In this document: positions 25,730-45,300 of the stretch, in pieces
Position numbering within the stretch: the stretch's first letter is position 1
How the letters are laid out: each line of letters opens with the position of its first letter
Source: the human T2T-CHM13v2.0 reference genome, Homo sapiens
DNA length: 64,000 bases
Reading direction: 5' to 3' (one strand)
Assembly (NCBI RefSeq): GCF_009914755.1
Contig: NC_060940.1
Program-made: the position numbers and the translations under genes
The notes under the pieces: generated by a model
What the model saw: only the letters and a program-made list of their open reading frames with translations
What the model was told of the DNA's origin: nothing
The model's database searches: none

Positions 25730-26000
25730 TAATAATAATAATGATAACTACCACCACAGCTGCTGCCGCCATCGCCACCATCATTTACAGGTGCCATGTG
25801 CTGCTACAGGCACTCTGTGTGGTCTCCTCACAATGACCCTAGAAATAGATTCTGCTGTCGTCCCAGACATTGGGAGAAGCAGATTTAAAAAATATATATA
25901 TCAAAAGTCACTTTCCCTATGTCCCAAAACTAGAAGAAAGGATTTAAATCTAGGCAGTATATGTATTTCAGAGGCTATGCTCCTAATCTGTGTGCTATGA
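25730..26000 (-). mobile_element. MIR remnant whose TATT tail abuts the GLYR1 exon 5 acceptor
   Basis: aataataata...atttacaggtgccatgtg...ggcact...cacaatgaccct...ggatttaaatctaggcagt pattern. Confidence 0.6.
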
Positions 26001-26272
26001 AAGGAAGAAATGGCCTGTGCTAGACTCAAATGCTGAGATATTTCTCCTGGGTCCAAGCAATTTTCCTAAAAGCAACAACCTACTCCAGAAAGGTTAGCTG
26101 CATGGAGTTTCAAACTGATAAGCAAAACGCTGACACCTTAGAACTGAAGTAGCTTTCTCCAGTAGCATTTCAGAAGAACAAAGGTTTGCGTTTGGGTGAC
26201 ATTTAATCTGTTAGTTGCTATGCAAAAATCACCAGTCTGGCATTGGTAGAAAGTGAACATTGTGTCTCTCAC

Positions 26273-26411
26273 CTGGTCTTTCCCTTTGGCTCTCCTGAGG
26301 AACTCTTCGACAGCATCTACCGCTTGCTGGAATCGTTTACCCTTGTTAATTTTTATCATTTCCTCTTTATGAGCATGATATGGCTTCAGCTGTTCCACTT
26401 TGATCCAGGCA
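26273..26411 (-). CDS. GLYR1: GLYR1 exon 4 ([11 protein letters not shown]...AKGKDQ)
   Basis: 139 nt, inside ORF 26138..26431; AG/GTGAGA boundaries. Confidence 0.97.
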
Positions 26412-27796
26412 CTAGCAGAAAACAAACACAAAAAGGGTGTGAACCATATAGCATATGCCCTAAAGTATCAACAACCTCACTATGGCACGGTGTAAATATC
26501 CATTTGGTTTAACTGGACTTTGCAATAGGCCTTGCCATTTCTTTCAAAACATGCTATCAACCATCTCAGAGTCTTATGTCTAAAGTATATTTTCTTGAAA
26601 CAAGTCAAGCAGAACAACCATCACCACCACTGCAGCAACCACAAATCAAGTTCCTCCAGTGAAAGCACTGTGTTGCAGATTATTTATTTCCACAATCGTC
26701 TATCAGCCTCCAATGCCCAACCACATATACGCTGCCACTTGCTCAGGGCAGAAAGAAATCTGGAGACCCTTTCCCATTCTCACCAGGCAGCACAAATGGC
26801 CACACACAGATCCCTGGGAATCAGGGTACCTGGAAATGTGATAGATGATAGCAGCATTACTATGCAGGAAAATGCCTGCTGCCTGTCAACAATGGGAACC
26901 AGATTTATGATCTGTTGATCCACAGAGAGTCAGGGATGTTACAGAGCTGAAGAAATGCAACATCTTCTAAAATTTGTGGTTCCTATGGATATTCACAGCC
27001 ACTGAGCCTATATTTGTTCATAAATGATGGTAACCATGGCTACTAAACCACACAAAACACGGAACACATGGTTTGGAATAAGGGCAGCAGTTACAAAAGG
27101 AGGCATTTAAAAACAAGATGGCATGCTGTTTTATGATGTCTCAAAAAAAAAAAAAAAAATAGAAACAAGATGCTTGAGATTAAAGGTAGAAGAACATACA
27201 CCTCCGATATGTAATTTTTAATTTCAACCATCAATGTGTAACACATGAAAGTGAAAGTAGTCAGCTGTCAATTCTGGGGTATCTGATCTGTCACACTAAC
27301 CTGAACAAATCTGCTGCAGCTGGCTTTCTATGGCTTCCCTGAATGGCATGCAGCTTATAGAATCCAAGCACAAAATAATTTTATAGGCTTTACAAGGTAT
27401 CAGTTAGTTTACATGTTTTAGCCTGTGATACAGGTTTCACAGCATAACCTTCAGAAAAAGTAGGTCAGGTTAAGGATACAGAAACCCAGCTATCTCACAA
27501 GCTTCAGGTTGTTTTCTTCATAGAAAGCTAGAGAATATTCACTAACAGCAAGTGTTAACCTTTGCACATAAAAATAATGTTACTAACCCTCCACCAGCTA
27601 CCTGGACTTTGAGTGTGCTGCTGGTAGTTGTGATAATGGGGTCTGTGCAAAAACACAGACCTGGGATCATCGGCCTGCAGATGTCAGGCAGCGAACCACT
27701 ATCAGGCATGCCACCATGGCTAAGTGAGATGATGAATGGAGATACAGAAGCTGGTCTCCCTGGCACAGCTCCAACTAGAGGAGTTAGGCAAATTCC

Positions 27797-29599
<1,803 letters not shown>

Positions 29600-30655
29600 T
29601 ACCTCTGTCTTTTTAATGAGAATATGCTTTTCAGTTGGCGCCTCAACAATGCACCACTGTCTAATTCACGGAGGCACATCAGCCGGGCCTGGCACACCAC
29701 TGGTCCTCAATAAATAATCACTGGGTAAATGATTCCTTCCCAGATGTTCAGGAGGATGTACTGCTCACCAGTGAGTTAAAAGGTGCTACAATGCTCCAGT
29801 GCGTAAGGCTTTAGTGTTTTTGTTGTTGCTACTGTTGGTTTTTTAAGTGACTGTTTCTTTCCTTGATAGAAGCTGTAACTTTTGATTTTCCTATCATCCT
29901 CCCAAGACTTAGATGGAGCTATATCTTTCAGCCCAATTGTGGCTGGGAAGTCAGAAAAATCAAGCTTATTCAAGCTGTATTTAAAGTAGGAGACTTTGCT
30001 TTTTATGTACAGTAGAATGAATGACACATTGTGATAGTAAATAGCTGAAAACAGGCAAGGTCATTACAGAGAAGGAAAGCGGATGTCTCGTAAGATATCT
30101 GGCTACGTGGAGATGAGCAAGATAAAAAGCAATGCATGTTATGTGCTACCACTCGTGCAAAGACAAGGAAAATGGACTGACCACGCACTGATATCTCTGG
30201 AGGGACACATCATCAGAAACTGGTCTAACTGGGTGGCTGTGGGATGGGGATGAATGCAACTGTTTCAATGTTGACAAGTTTTTGTTTTTGAATGGTGAAC
30301 ACATATTATATTGGAAAAAAAAAAAAAAAACAAAACAAATCAATACTAAAGGCCTCTGCCCTAGAACACAGGCTATGCCGACTGCCCAGAGGGTTTCCTC
30401 CATGACTTCCTGGTTTGCAGGTTTGCTCTGGTGGGTTGCTGCTGCCTGGCTGCTGGCATAACTGCACCTGTAACACAGCCAATTTACCCTGGTGACCTGA
30501 CACTCTTCCTATAAAAAGTCTCTTCATCTATGAATACAGAACCGCCACTAAGGCACTCTCAGATTACTCCAATCAAAATGAATTAAAATCTGGTATTTTC
30601 AAAAACTTGCACACTTCTGATTTGCTTTCCTCTTAAATGAAAATCATACATGTAG

Positions 30656-32889
<2,234 letters not shown>

Positions 32890-34028
32890 CCGATGAAACT
32901 TTTAAACCGTGAGCTCTGTCTCTACTCTGATGGGGGGGTCACCACTAATCAGACCTGTCAGAGAGGGACCCTCGTGCACTTGACACATAATCTTTGGTTG
33001 TAGTCACCAAGTGAAGCTGGCAGGGTTTTGCTGAAATTATATCCCCTTCGTATTTCCATGAAAATACAAAAATTACGTGGGCAGTTTTGTCTTGGCCATC
33101 TCGCTCAGGGAGCCGAATCCGTATAAAGAAGTCCTCCTCTCACCAGGACACCTGATTAGGAAGGTCTGGCCCTCTCCTAACAGTGGGATGTCAACACAAT
33201 TTGTTAGATATTTTGGCAGAGATGTGGAGAGAGAAAAATCAGGTTTCTAAAAGATTGTAATCACTGATTATCTTGTCATAAGGAGCCGTTCTTTCTGCTC
33301 TTTAATAAAAGACCTTGCAAATATTAAAAAAGTATAACTACACTTTTTTTTGCCTAAGTAGTGTGTCAATTTTGAAACTGAACATCTTTGACCAAATCCT
33401 GTATTTCTCAGGAACGGAGGACACTCCACTGGGTCAGACCCTATCCACCTGGGCCAGGGTCCAGTAACCAATGGTGCCCCCACCCAGGATGTGCCTGGAC
33501 CACATGCCCCCTCCCTGATGTCAAGTGTTAAAGGCGAGGTGCAGTCCAGCTTCTACAGGAGCCACTTATGGCTTTGTCTTCACAAGTTAGTTCTCATCCC
33601 TAAAAAATCCCCTTGCAATACCTGTTTACACCACCTCTTAAACGCCCCTTTTATGCAGTGCTCCTCACCCTGGTCCTAACACAGTCATACCACAATCCAC
33701 TTGCAGTGCCCATCGCCAAACTCCTCTAGGCCATTCGCTGTTTCCTACCTCCTGATCCCGTGATTCCTTCAGTCTTTGCTTTTCCACATTGAAGAGTCCT
33801 GCTCTTTTGTCTGACTCAGTTCCCTTTTCTGGATCTTGGCCAATTCTAAGAGATCCCTTTGAAAGCATGATCTGAAGTCCATAGAGTATTCCTGATGAGG
33901 CGCATACAGTTTTACATAAAGGTGGAATGATGCATGGTTTTGTACTCAAAGCCTTTTTGGTAAAAAGAGCAAACCTGGCTGACATCCTTTAGGAACTTCC
34001 AACTCTCATATTCCTTTCTTTTCAAACA

Positions 34029-34057
34029 AACACACACACACACACTCTCTCTCTCTC
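34029..34057 (+). repeat. Compound (CA)n(CT)n microsatellite
   Basis: acacacacacacacactctctctctctc. Confidence 0.9.
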
Positions 34058-34835
34058 CCATAGGGAGAGTCTCCATCTCTCTCAGTTTTCCATACTTAAA
34101 GGCATCCTGGACCAATGTGTGCTAATACCTGCTGTATGGCAAGCCACACTCTACACAAGAGATACTACTTTTCCTTCCTAACTATGAGGTAGGGGGTATC
34201 ATCCCCTTATGTAGAGGACACAGAGGCTCAGAAAGGTGAAATAGCTTGCCCAAATCAGGGAGCAAGGTGGAACCGGTACCTGAATGCACATTAGGCTGGT
34301 AACCAATCCAGAGCTCTTTCCCCAAAGTAATCTGCTGCCACCAGCCAATCTGGAGATCTTACCTTCATAGAAAAACACAAAATAAAATCTGCCCCAGCAC
34401 TGATCACTAAGGAAGTGTTCCTTCTTTAGAGAAGTACTGTACATCTTTACCCTTTATTTCCTTTCTCTAAGTTAACTGCCTACCCACAAAAAGATAACAC
34501 ATTAGTACCACAGTGACTTCATTTTTATAGTTTAAAATGTAGAACTCTAGCAAAGGAGTTTAAAAAGTTAAAAATATTGCATTTAGCAGTTGCTTTGTAT
34601 CCCACTTGTTTACAACCCTCCAAAGAACCTTAGTCAGTTAGAAATTATATCATCACCACCACCATCCAGGCTATTTTTGTCTTGAGCAAGCACATCACCA
34701 CTGGCTTCACCTGTTTGCCTGGTTAAGCTCTGAAATTAACTCAACTCCAATTTTCTGTGTCCTATTTCTAGCACTTGTTATAAACAAGGATCACAGTTTA
34801 TTAATCTAGTCTTTTAGCATTAAAAAAAAAATCGG

Positions 34836-38263
<3,428 letters not shown>

Positions 38264-38563
38264 GGAACTGCCTTTGGAGTTGGGTAAAGAAACATGTGAG
38301 AAACTGTTTCAATGTGATTGTTATAGTTAGAAGGTAAATGAACCTAGTTCTTGCCTGACTTAGTTATAGACCTAGGACAGTTGTCTAGGGCAATTTCTGC
38401 AAGAAATTGCACCTTTATTTAGGTATGAAGGCAGAATGAGATGCCAGTATTACACATTATAAGAAGACTGAACTAAGGATCCTTAGAATATTTTCAAAGC
38501 AGCTCAGACTCCAGGTAACACAGAAAGAAAGGCGAAGGGAGACTCCTGGTGAGTACTACTCAC

Positions 38564-38643
38564 TGATCTTCTGTTCCAAAAAATTTCACAAAGAAGCATT
38601 TCTTTCCGCGAGGTTTCTTCAAGTCCTTTGGTGGATTAACAAT
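38564..38643 (-). CDS. GLYR1: GLYR1 exon 3 ([26 protein letters not shown])
   Basis: 80 nt, CCAG/GTGAGT boundaries, PWWP core VKFFG. Confidence 0.97.
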
Positions 38644-39663
38644 CTGGAGGATAAAAGGGGGGAAAAAGGTTGGCTGGCAACACAGCAGCCCACTTTCTAG
38701 TGGCTCCACATTGCTCTACAGTTCTACGTTGCTAAGAAAAAAGTAAATTAAAAGGACTTACTTACAAATAAATTTATTTATATACAAAACAGAACCCAAG
38801 GCCTAGTACTTGTCTAAATCTCCCATTTTTCTATTGAGGTGTATGGAAATGTGTAGATATTCTAGAAGTTCCCAATATTTAACATGTAGCACAGTGCTCA
38901 GTAGACACAATATCCCTTTTACTGCAGTGGCCCTGTTTTACAAGCAGTTAAAACTAAGATCAACAGCATCCCCTGCCCCCCACCACCCCACCCCTGCTCC
39001 AATGTGACCCCATTATTACTGAAAAAATGCAGACGACACTCTTTGAAATACTTCCTGTGCAGGAAGGGTTGACACAGGACATAGTGAAAACAAAGGACAA
39101 CCGAGGCACAGAAAACACCATATTGCAAAGAGACCATCTAAAGACACCTCCCGGGCTCCAAGCAAGAATATAAAAACACAACATTTGGAAAGCAATGATG
39201 GATCACCTCATGCAAAATCTGGAATGCCAACTTCTGCAAAGAGGCACTGGAGTAGCACATATGGTAACATGGAAAGAAGATTTAAACTTAGTTGGGACAA
39301 AAATACTTTGGCTTTTCACTAACCTACATTTAGACTTTCTTCCTGGATAATTTATATTTTCTTCTCCTTTTGTTACATTTAAGCATAAAGCTAAATTCAG
39401 ACTAGAATTATTTCCGGGGTTAAAAAAGAAACTTCATAAACCTCCTCTAAATCCAGAAATAAGGGTTTAGAGAAGATTTAATGATCTGGTGTATACTGCA
39501 TTGCCTTTTAAAAAATAACCGATACTAGGGGAAAAAAAATTCTAAGTGCCATCTGAATGAGCCCAATTTAACTCAATACTAGAAACTGAGAGGAATGCAT
39601 CTTACATTCTCCACCTCTTCAAACCCAACTTCAGATCTCTTCCTTTAGTAGCAAGACACTCAC

Positions 39664-39700
39664 CTTTCCTGGCCAAGGAGGATATCGGCCGAGTTTCCCC
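39664..39700 (-). CDS. GLYR1: GLYR1 exon 2 (W-GKLGRYPPWPGK, PWWP signature as PPWP)
   Basis: 37 nt, CTAG acceptor and GTGAGT donor, frame continues exon 1. Confidence 0.96.
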
Positions 39701-40717
39701 CTAGAGAAAACACAAAGAGTCAACACTTGCCCTGCAAAAGCCAGTCCATCTCCTTCAACCCACTCAATACGCAATTTATTTTCCTAAATCTCTGCTGGCA
39801 TCCTCAAATGCCGAAACAAAAGCTTTCATAGCTGGGCCCAACACCCTCAGAAGTAAAATGCAAAATTGTATACTTATGTGCACAACGCATATCCATTCTT
39901 CTGTTGACAAGGAATACAGAACAACACAACTGTCAAAAGTCACTTGTCTAGAGCTTCTTAATGACGGGGGTGGGAGGACAGCTTCCTCTGTAAACACAGA
40001 CTTTCCCTCCCTAAGTCTGGTTTAATTCAACAGGAGACCTGCCTGGCTTTGACAAATGCTAATGGAAGCCTTCCTCTGGGTGGAGAAACAAGCTACGCAG
40101 CTCGAGGGAGGCGGCGACAAAGTCTTGGTTCGGGCGGTTGTCTGGGACACAGAAGCAGACCGCGGGAGGCACCCAAGCGTGCACTGGTCACTGCCAAGCC
40201 ATCGGTTGTAAAGGAGAACTCCCCCCGCCGTTTCTTCGCGGGGCAACGCCAGCAGTCCGGTTTAGACACCCCCGGCTGAGCCGGCCGCACAGGTCGGCTG
40301 CATCGCAACCTGGGCTTTGACCGAATGGCACCGGCCAGATCTCGCAGGTCCGGTCCCCGGCGCTTCTGCTTTCTGGGAAGCCCCAACAAGACCCCGGGGA
40401 CCGGTCGTCCGGGGAAGCCTCGCGGCACCGGCGGCTCCCTTCACGGGGGCCGCCAGTATCTGGGCCCCGAGTGCAGACCCCACCCGGCCGGCCTCGGGGA
40501 TCAAAGCCGGTGCCCGACGTGGCCACCCTCGGCCTCGGTCCCCCGGGACTGGACTGCCCCTTCCGCCTGGCGCCGCTCGCAAGCGCCGGCACCTTCTCTT
40601 CCCCTCTCTCCGCGACCTGGAGCGCATAAAAAGGCAGCTCCGGGGCCGGCAGCGAACCCCGCGCCCAGGCGGGTAGCTCCCCGGCGCGTCTCGGTTGGCC
40701 CGGCCGCTCGGACTCAC

Positions 40718-40755
40718 CACACCAAGTCGCCGAGCCGCAGACTCACAGCCGCCAT
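40718..40755 (-). CDS. GLYR1: GLYR1 coding exon 1 (MAAVSLRLGDLV+, start of PWWP domain)
   Basis: ATG at 40755-40753 in AAGATGGCGG context; 38 nt then donor GTGAGT; translation matches the recalled GLYR1/NPAC N-terminus. Confidence 0.97.
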
Positions 40756-41000
40756 CTTACCACCCAACCACCGCCGACGCACGGGCCGCCGGGAACAGCA
40801 AGTCGCCCCGGCGCCGCCCATTGGAGTGGGCCCGACCACGTGACGGGGGCCGGCTGTCACTGGCCACGCCGCTACTCTGACGTCACCGCGCCCGCCGGGG
40901 ATCATTGGTCGACCGAGGGGCACGTGACGCGAGCGCCGCGGTCTCCGCGCGCCGGAGCGCAGAGACTCCCGGCTCCTTCCCCCTCCCTTCGGCTCGTGAC
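40748..41000. promoter_or_regulatory. GLYR1/UBN1 bidirectional core promoter (YY1, 2x CCAAT, 2x CACGTGAC E-box, CRE)
   Basis: GCCGCCATCTT 40748-58; ATTGG 40820-24 and 40904-08; CACGTGAC 40837-44 and 40921-28; TGACGTCA 40878-85; no TATA box. Confidence 0.85.
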
Positions 41001-41700
41001 AACGAAGCGCCCGCGGTCTGAGGCGGCGGCGGCGGCGACGGTGCGACCGGCTGAGCGCGAGAGGGAGCCGGCCTCGCGGCTCGCCCCGCCCCCGGGTCTT
41101 GGACTCCGCGCCCCTCCCCTCTCGGCGCTTCCGTTACGCCCGTTGGTCCGGCGCGGGCCCCGGGGCCATTCCCGAGCCCGAGGCGCTGGTCGGCCCCGTC
41201 GCAGCGCCAGTGAGCTACCCTGACGGAGCTCGGCGCGGCCTGGAACTCAGCCTCCGCCGGGTCTGGGCTCCCGCGCCCGGCAACTCTGCTTGGCCGCAGG
41301 CCGGGAGGCCCCGGTGTCCGCGCCCGTCCGCTCCCGCCGCCCGTGTTCTTTGGAGCGCTCCTCCCGACGGCCGCTTTCGGAGGCGCCGTCTGAGCGCGGG
41401 GTCCCGCGCCGCAAGTTCTCCTGGGGCGACCGGAGGCTGCTCCCCCGACCCCCTGGTGTCCCCGGAGTGGCTGCGCGGACGTCGAGTTGGCATTTCTTCG
41501 CTTCCTCCTGGGCCGGCGCGCGGCGCGGCACACCAGGCTCCCCTGGGCTCGGGGACCCGGCCATGGGCCGAGGCGCGGGCCGCCCGCCCGCTGGGAGCCA
41601 CGGCTTAGGAGCCGACCGCTAGCTGCGCCGCCGCCCGGGGACCGGCATGAGGACCGCCGCGGGGGGACGTCTGCGGCCCGCGTCGGCGCTGGGGACAAAG
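40980..41700 (+). other. UBN1: UBN1 non-coding first exon (5' UTR); TSS approximate
   Basis: GC-rich, ends at AAG|GTGCGT donor at 41701; a shorter alternative may end at ACG|GTGCGA (41041). Confidence 0.6.
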
Positions 41701-42308
41701 GTGCGTGTCGTTGTCGGGTCCGGGCTCTCTCGTTAGCCTTGCCCTAGTTTTGCACTTTTGAAAAAGTTGTGACAACAGGAAGACAGATGCCGGGCGTAGT
41801 TTGGACACTTTAAAACTGAACCATGAACTGGGAAGTGTTAACTGCAGTTGAGCGCAGCGTCGGCCCAAACTTCAGCAGACCAGGTAGAATCACAATTTTG
41901 CAAAAGATCCCAGTCCCGATCACAGACTCCACAGTGTTAAGGATTGACTTAGACTTGGTGTCGGGCTCTTGTTGAGTCACTGCCAGCTGGCAAAGGTGGC
42001 GAGTCCACACGCATTTCCCCAAGGCATTGTGGTGGTTAGAGATTTCGGTTGCAAGTCGGTGTTTAGCGTACTGGGTCGTCCCGCAGCCTGATTTTTCTTG
42101 GGAGATCAGTTTCCCTGAAGTACCAAGAATTAGCTGCACGGACTGTCATTTACTGCGTGTGTATTTTTAAGACAAAGTGATCTTTAAAGCGTATTTAAGA
42201 TTCCAGGGAATAATTTGATAAAAATTTAACATGAGTTCCTGTTTAAAAATTCTGAATTTGTGAGGAATTGAATGAGATTTTAATAACTTAAATAAAAACA
42301 TGAATCTT

Positions 42309-45300
42309 GGCCGGGCAGGGTGGTATAAGCCTGTAATCCCAGCATTTTGGGATGCCGAGGCGGGTGGACCACCTGAGATCAGGAGTTCGAGACCAGCCTG
42401 GCCAACACGGTCAAACCCAGTACTCTACTAAAAATACAAAATTAGCCGGGCGTGGTGGCGCATGCCTGTAGTCCCAGCTACTTGGGAGGCTGAGGCAGGA
42501 GAATCGCTTAACCCGGGAAGCGGAGGTTGCCGTGAGCCGAGATTATGTCACTGCACTCCAGCTAGGCGACAGAGCGAGCGAGACTCGTCCCCCCGCCAAA
42601 AAGAAAAAAGAAAAAAAAATCTCAAATGAACATTGCACCAAAACCTAGAGGCATTCCCCTTAACATCAGAAACATGGTACATTTCTACCACTATTAGATA
42701 ATAAGAATATATTGCCTAAAACCTGAAAGTTCTAGCCAGTGCAGTAAGACAGGAAACAAAAATAAGAAATGCAATTTTTGGAAAAGGGAAGACAGAATTC
42801 TCATTTCCGTGGATGATAGGTCTGCCTATTTTGAAAACAAAAACAAAAACCAAAAAACCCATTAAAATAAGAATTCAGGAAGGGTACTCATTATAAGTTG
42901 GAATGCACAATTTAGTTTTTCTGTTTCATCAATAACCAGTTTGAAAATACAATGTTTAGAAGGAGATATATATATATATAGTAAGAAAAAATTAAAAATT
43001 GCTGAGGATAACCAAGGGACAAGGAAGGCTAGTATTTTCTCAGTAACACCAACTGAGGTTTTTAAAGGGGGATCTTTGTTTTTTTCTTTTTTTTGTTTGA
43101 GACGGAGTTTCACTCTTGTCGCCCAGGCTGGAGTGCAGTGGCAGGATCACGGCTCACTGCAGCCTGGACCTTCCCAGTCTAAAGCCATCCTCCCACCTCA
43201 GCCTCCTTAGTAGCCAAGACTACAGGGGTGTGCCACCATACCTGGCTAATTTAAAAAAAATTTTTTTGTGCAGATGAAGTCTCATCATGTTGTCCAGGCT
43301 GGTCTTAAACTCCTAGGCTCCAGCGATCATCCTGCCTTAGCCTCCCAAAGTGCTGGGTCCGGGAAGTTGAGGCTGCAGTGAGCTCTCATGGTGCCACTGC
43401 ACTCCAGCCTGGGCAACAGGAGTGAGGCAACTGTCTCACAAAAAAAAAAAAAAAAAAAAAAAAAACACAAAAAAAGCTAAAATCTTTCCAAGGACTTAGG
43501 CAACTCTCGTAAGTCTAATAGATAAATGTAAGTTTTTTTTAAGCATTCAAACATGTTTGAACTTAATTATATTTTCTTAAGCATTTTGAATTATGATTGT
43601 AAGTCTAACGTACCATTGTTAAATATATTGGATTCTCTTAAATGTTTCAAATGGCTTAGTAACAGCAGAACATTATAATGATTATAAAACAACCCCAAAT
43701 CTAAGTGGTAATAGAGTACAGATTTGACTCACTTTATCCTGTAGTCCTATTTTTTACCTTCTTGGGCCTGGAGAGTCACTTAAGCAACTGAAAGGAGCAG
43801 TTTTGCCATCTAGGATTGAAGCTGCAGTCTCTCAGACTTGGACTGAGATAAGGTTATGTGTTTACTGCCTGGACAGGGGGAGTAGGACCTGGTTGCCAAT
43901 TCAAGGATGACCTTCCTGCATCCCATTGGTTAACTTGCTGATTCCCTTCTTATAGTGAGACTGTTCCGGTTCTATCAGTGGGGGAATCTGTAAGCCTTCA
44001 GCTGGGATTTATTTCCACAACCCAGCGCATCACAAATATCCTGAGGGCCTTGGAGATTTCTTTTAGGGAAATCTCCTTTAACATCTTAGTACGTGTTGGG
44101 AGATGGTCTTTTGCAGCGCCAGCCTGTTACACTGCTAATCGTTTTGCCGCCTGATTAGAATTATTTTAACTCTTCATTTGTAGATATTTTGTTCCCTTAT
44201 GTGATGTTATAAGTTGATTTTGTGATCATAATTCGACAAATGAATATTGGATATATACAAATACGTCTACATGTATGTGGATATATACGATATATGCTAA
44301 TTTTCCTGAATTAACTCACATTTGTGATTGATTTACAACCAAAATACAGTGAGTTTTTTTGAAACCTGCCAAAATAATACATAGGCTGGAATGGCAAAGT
44401 ATTATTTATAAAGAAGGATAATAAACATGAGCTTTAACTTTGCAACATTAAAGTATGAAACTTTACAAAACAGTGCAATACTGGTTAAAGAATCTCTAAA
44501 TACCGTATTAATATGACACATGGACTTCAGAAACAGGCCTTAGATATCTGTGATGTTGCTTTGCAATATATGCCAAATCAGCAGAGGAAGGAAGGATTGT
44601 TTAGTGATTGATGCTGGAAGAAACCAAGTTACAGCCTCTCCTCATACTTTATAGCATAGCAAATTCATCTGGGGTTAATGAAGTAAATGTGAAAAAATAT
44701 CTATAAATGACCATATAGGCTGGGCTCAGTGGCTCACACCTGTAATCCCAGCAGGAGTTCAAAACCAGTCTGGGCAACATGGCAAAACAACGTCCCTACA
44801 AAAAATACAAAAATTAGCACGCCTGTAGTTCCAACTACTAGGGAGGCTGAGGTAGGAGGATCGCTTTAGCTTGGGAGGTTGAGGCCTCAGTGAGCTGAGA
44901 TTGAGTCACTTTATTCCAGCCTGGGCAACAGAGTGAGACCTTGTCTCAAAAAACAAAAAACCTATATACACAAGTTCTTCTATAAGATCTGGTTGGAGAC
45001 GAACATTCTAGGCATAAAAGAAATGGGAGGAGTCTCAAAGGAAAAGAGCCTAGTTTTAACTGCATACAAAGTTATAATTTCCTTGGAAGGAGGGTCGCTT
45101 GAGGTTGTGAGCTTAAGACCAGCCTGGGCAACATAGTGGGTCAGCATCTCTACAAAAAATAGAAAAAATTAGCCAGGCATGGTGGGATATACCTGTAGTC
45201 TCAGCTCCTCGAGAGGTTGAAGTGGTGAGAGGTTTGCTTGAGCCTGGGAGGTTGAGGCTGAAGTGGCTGTGATTGGGCCACTGCTCTCTAGCCTGGATAT

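Larger units (their letters stand above)
40090..41760. promoter_or_regulatory. CpG island spanning GLYR1 exon 1 and proximal intron 1, the shared promoter and UBN1 exon 1
   Basis: Very high GC and CpG density, free of Alus; limits estimated by eye. Confidence 0.93.

Noticed and set aside
26532-26918. 128-aa plus-strand ORF with HHHH/SSSS runs, antisense to GLYR1 intron 3
   Set aside because: Non-ATG start, low complexity, no recognisable homology or gene structure
30306-30545. Minus-strand ORF and splice-like signals (TTCATAG|...CCAGG|GTAAAT) in GLYR1 intron 3
   Set aside because: Signals are modest and expected by chance in a 12-kb intron; no recognisable parent gene for a pseudogene
40820-40840. 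Possible ER-stress element (ATTGG...CCACG)
   Set aside because: Spacing is 11 nt; fits neither ERSE (CCAAT-N9-CCACG) nor ERSE-II (ATTGG-N-CCACG)
40093-41747. Long overlapping Arg/Pro/Gly/Ala-rich ORFs on both strands (up to 271 aa)
   Set aside because: Expected stop-codon scarcity in a CpG island; no domain resemblance. Only the GLYR1 exon 1 frame and the short uORFs are retained
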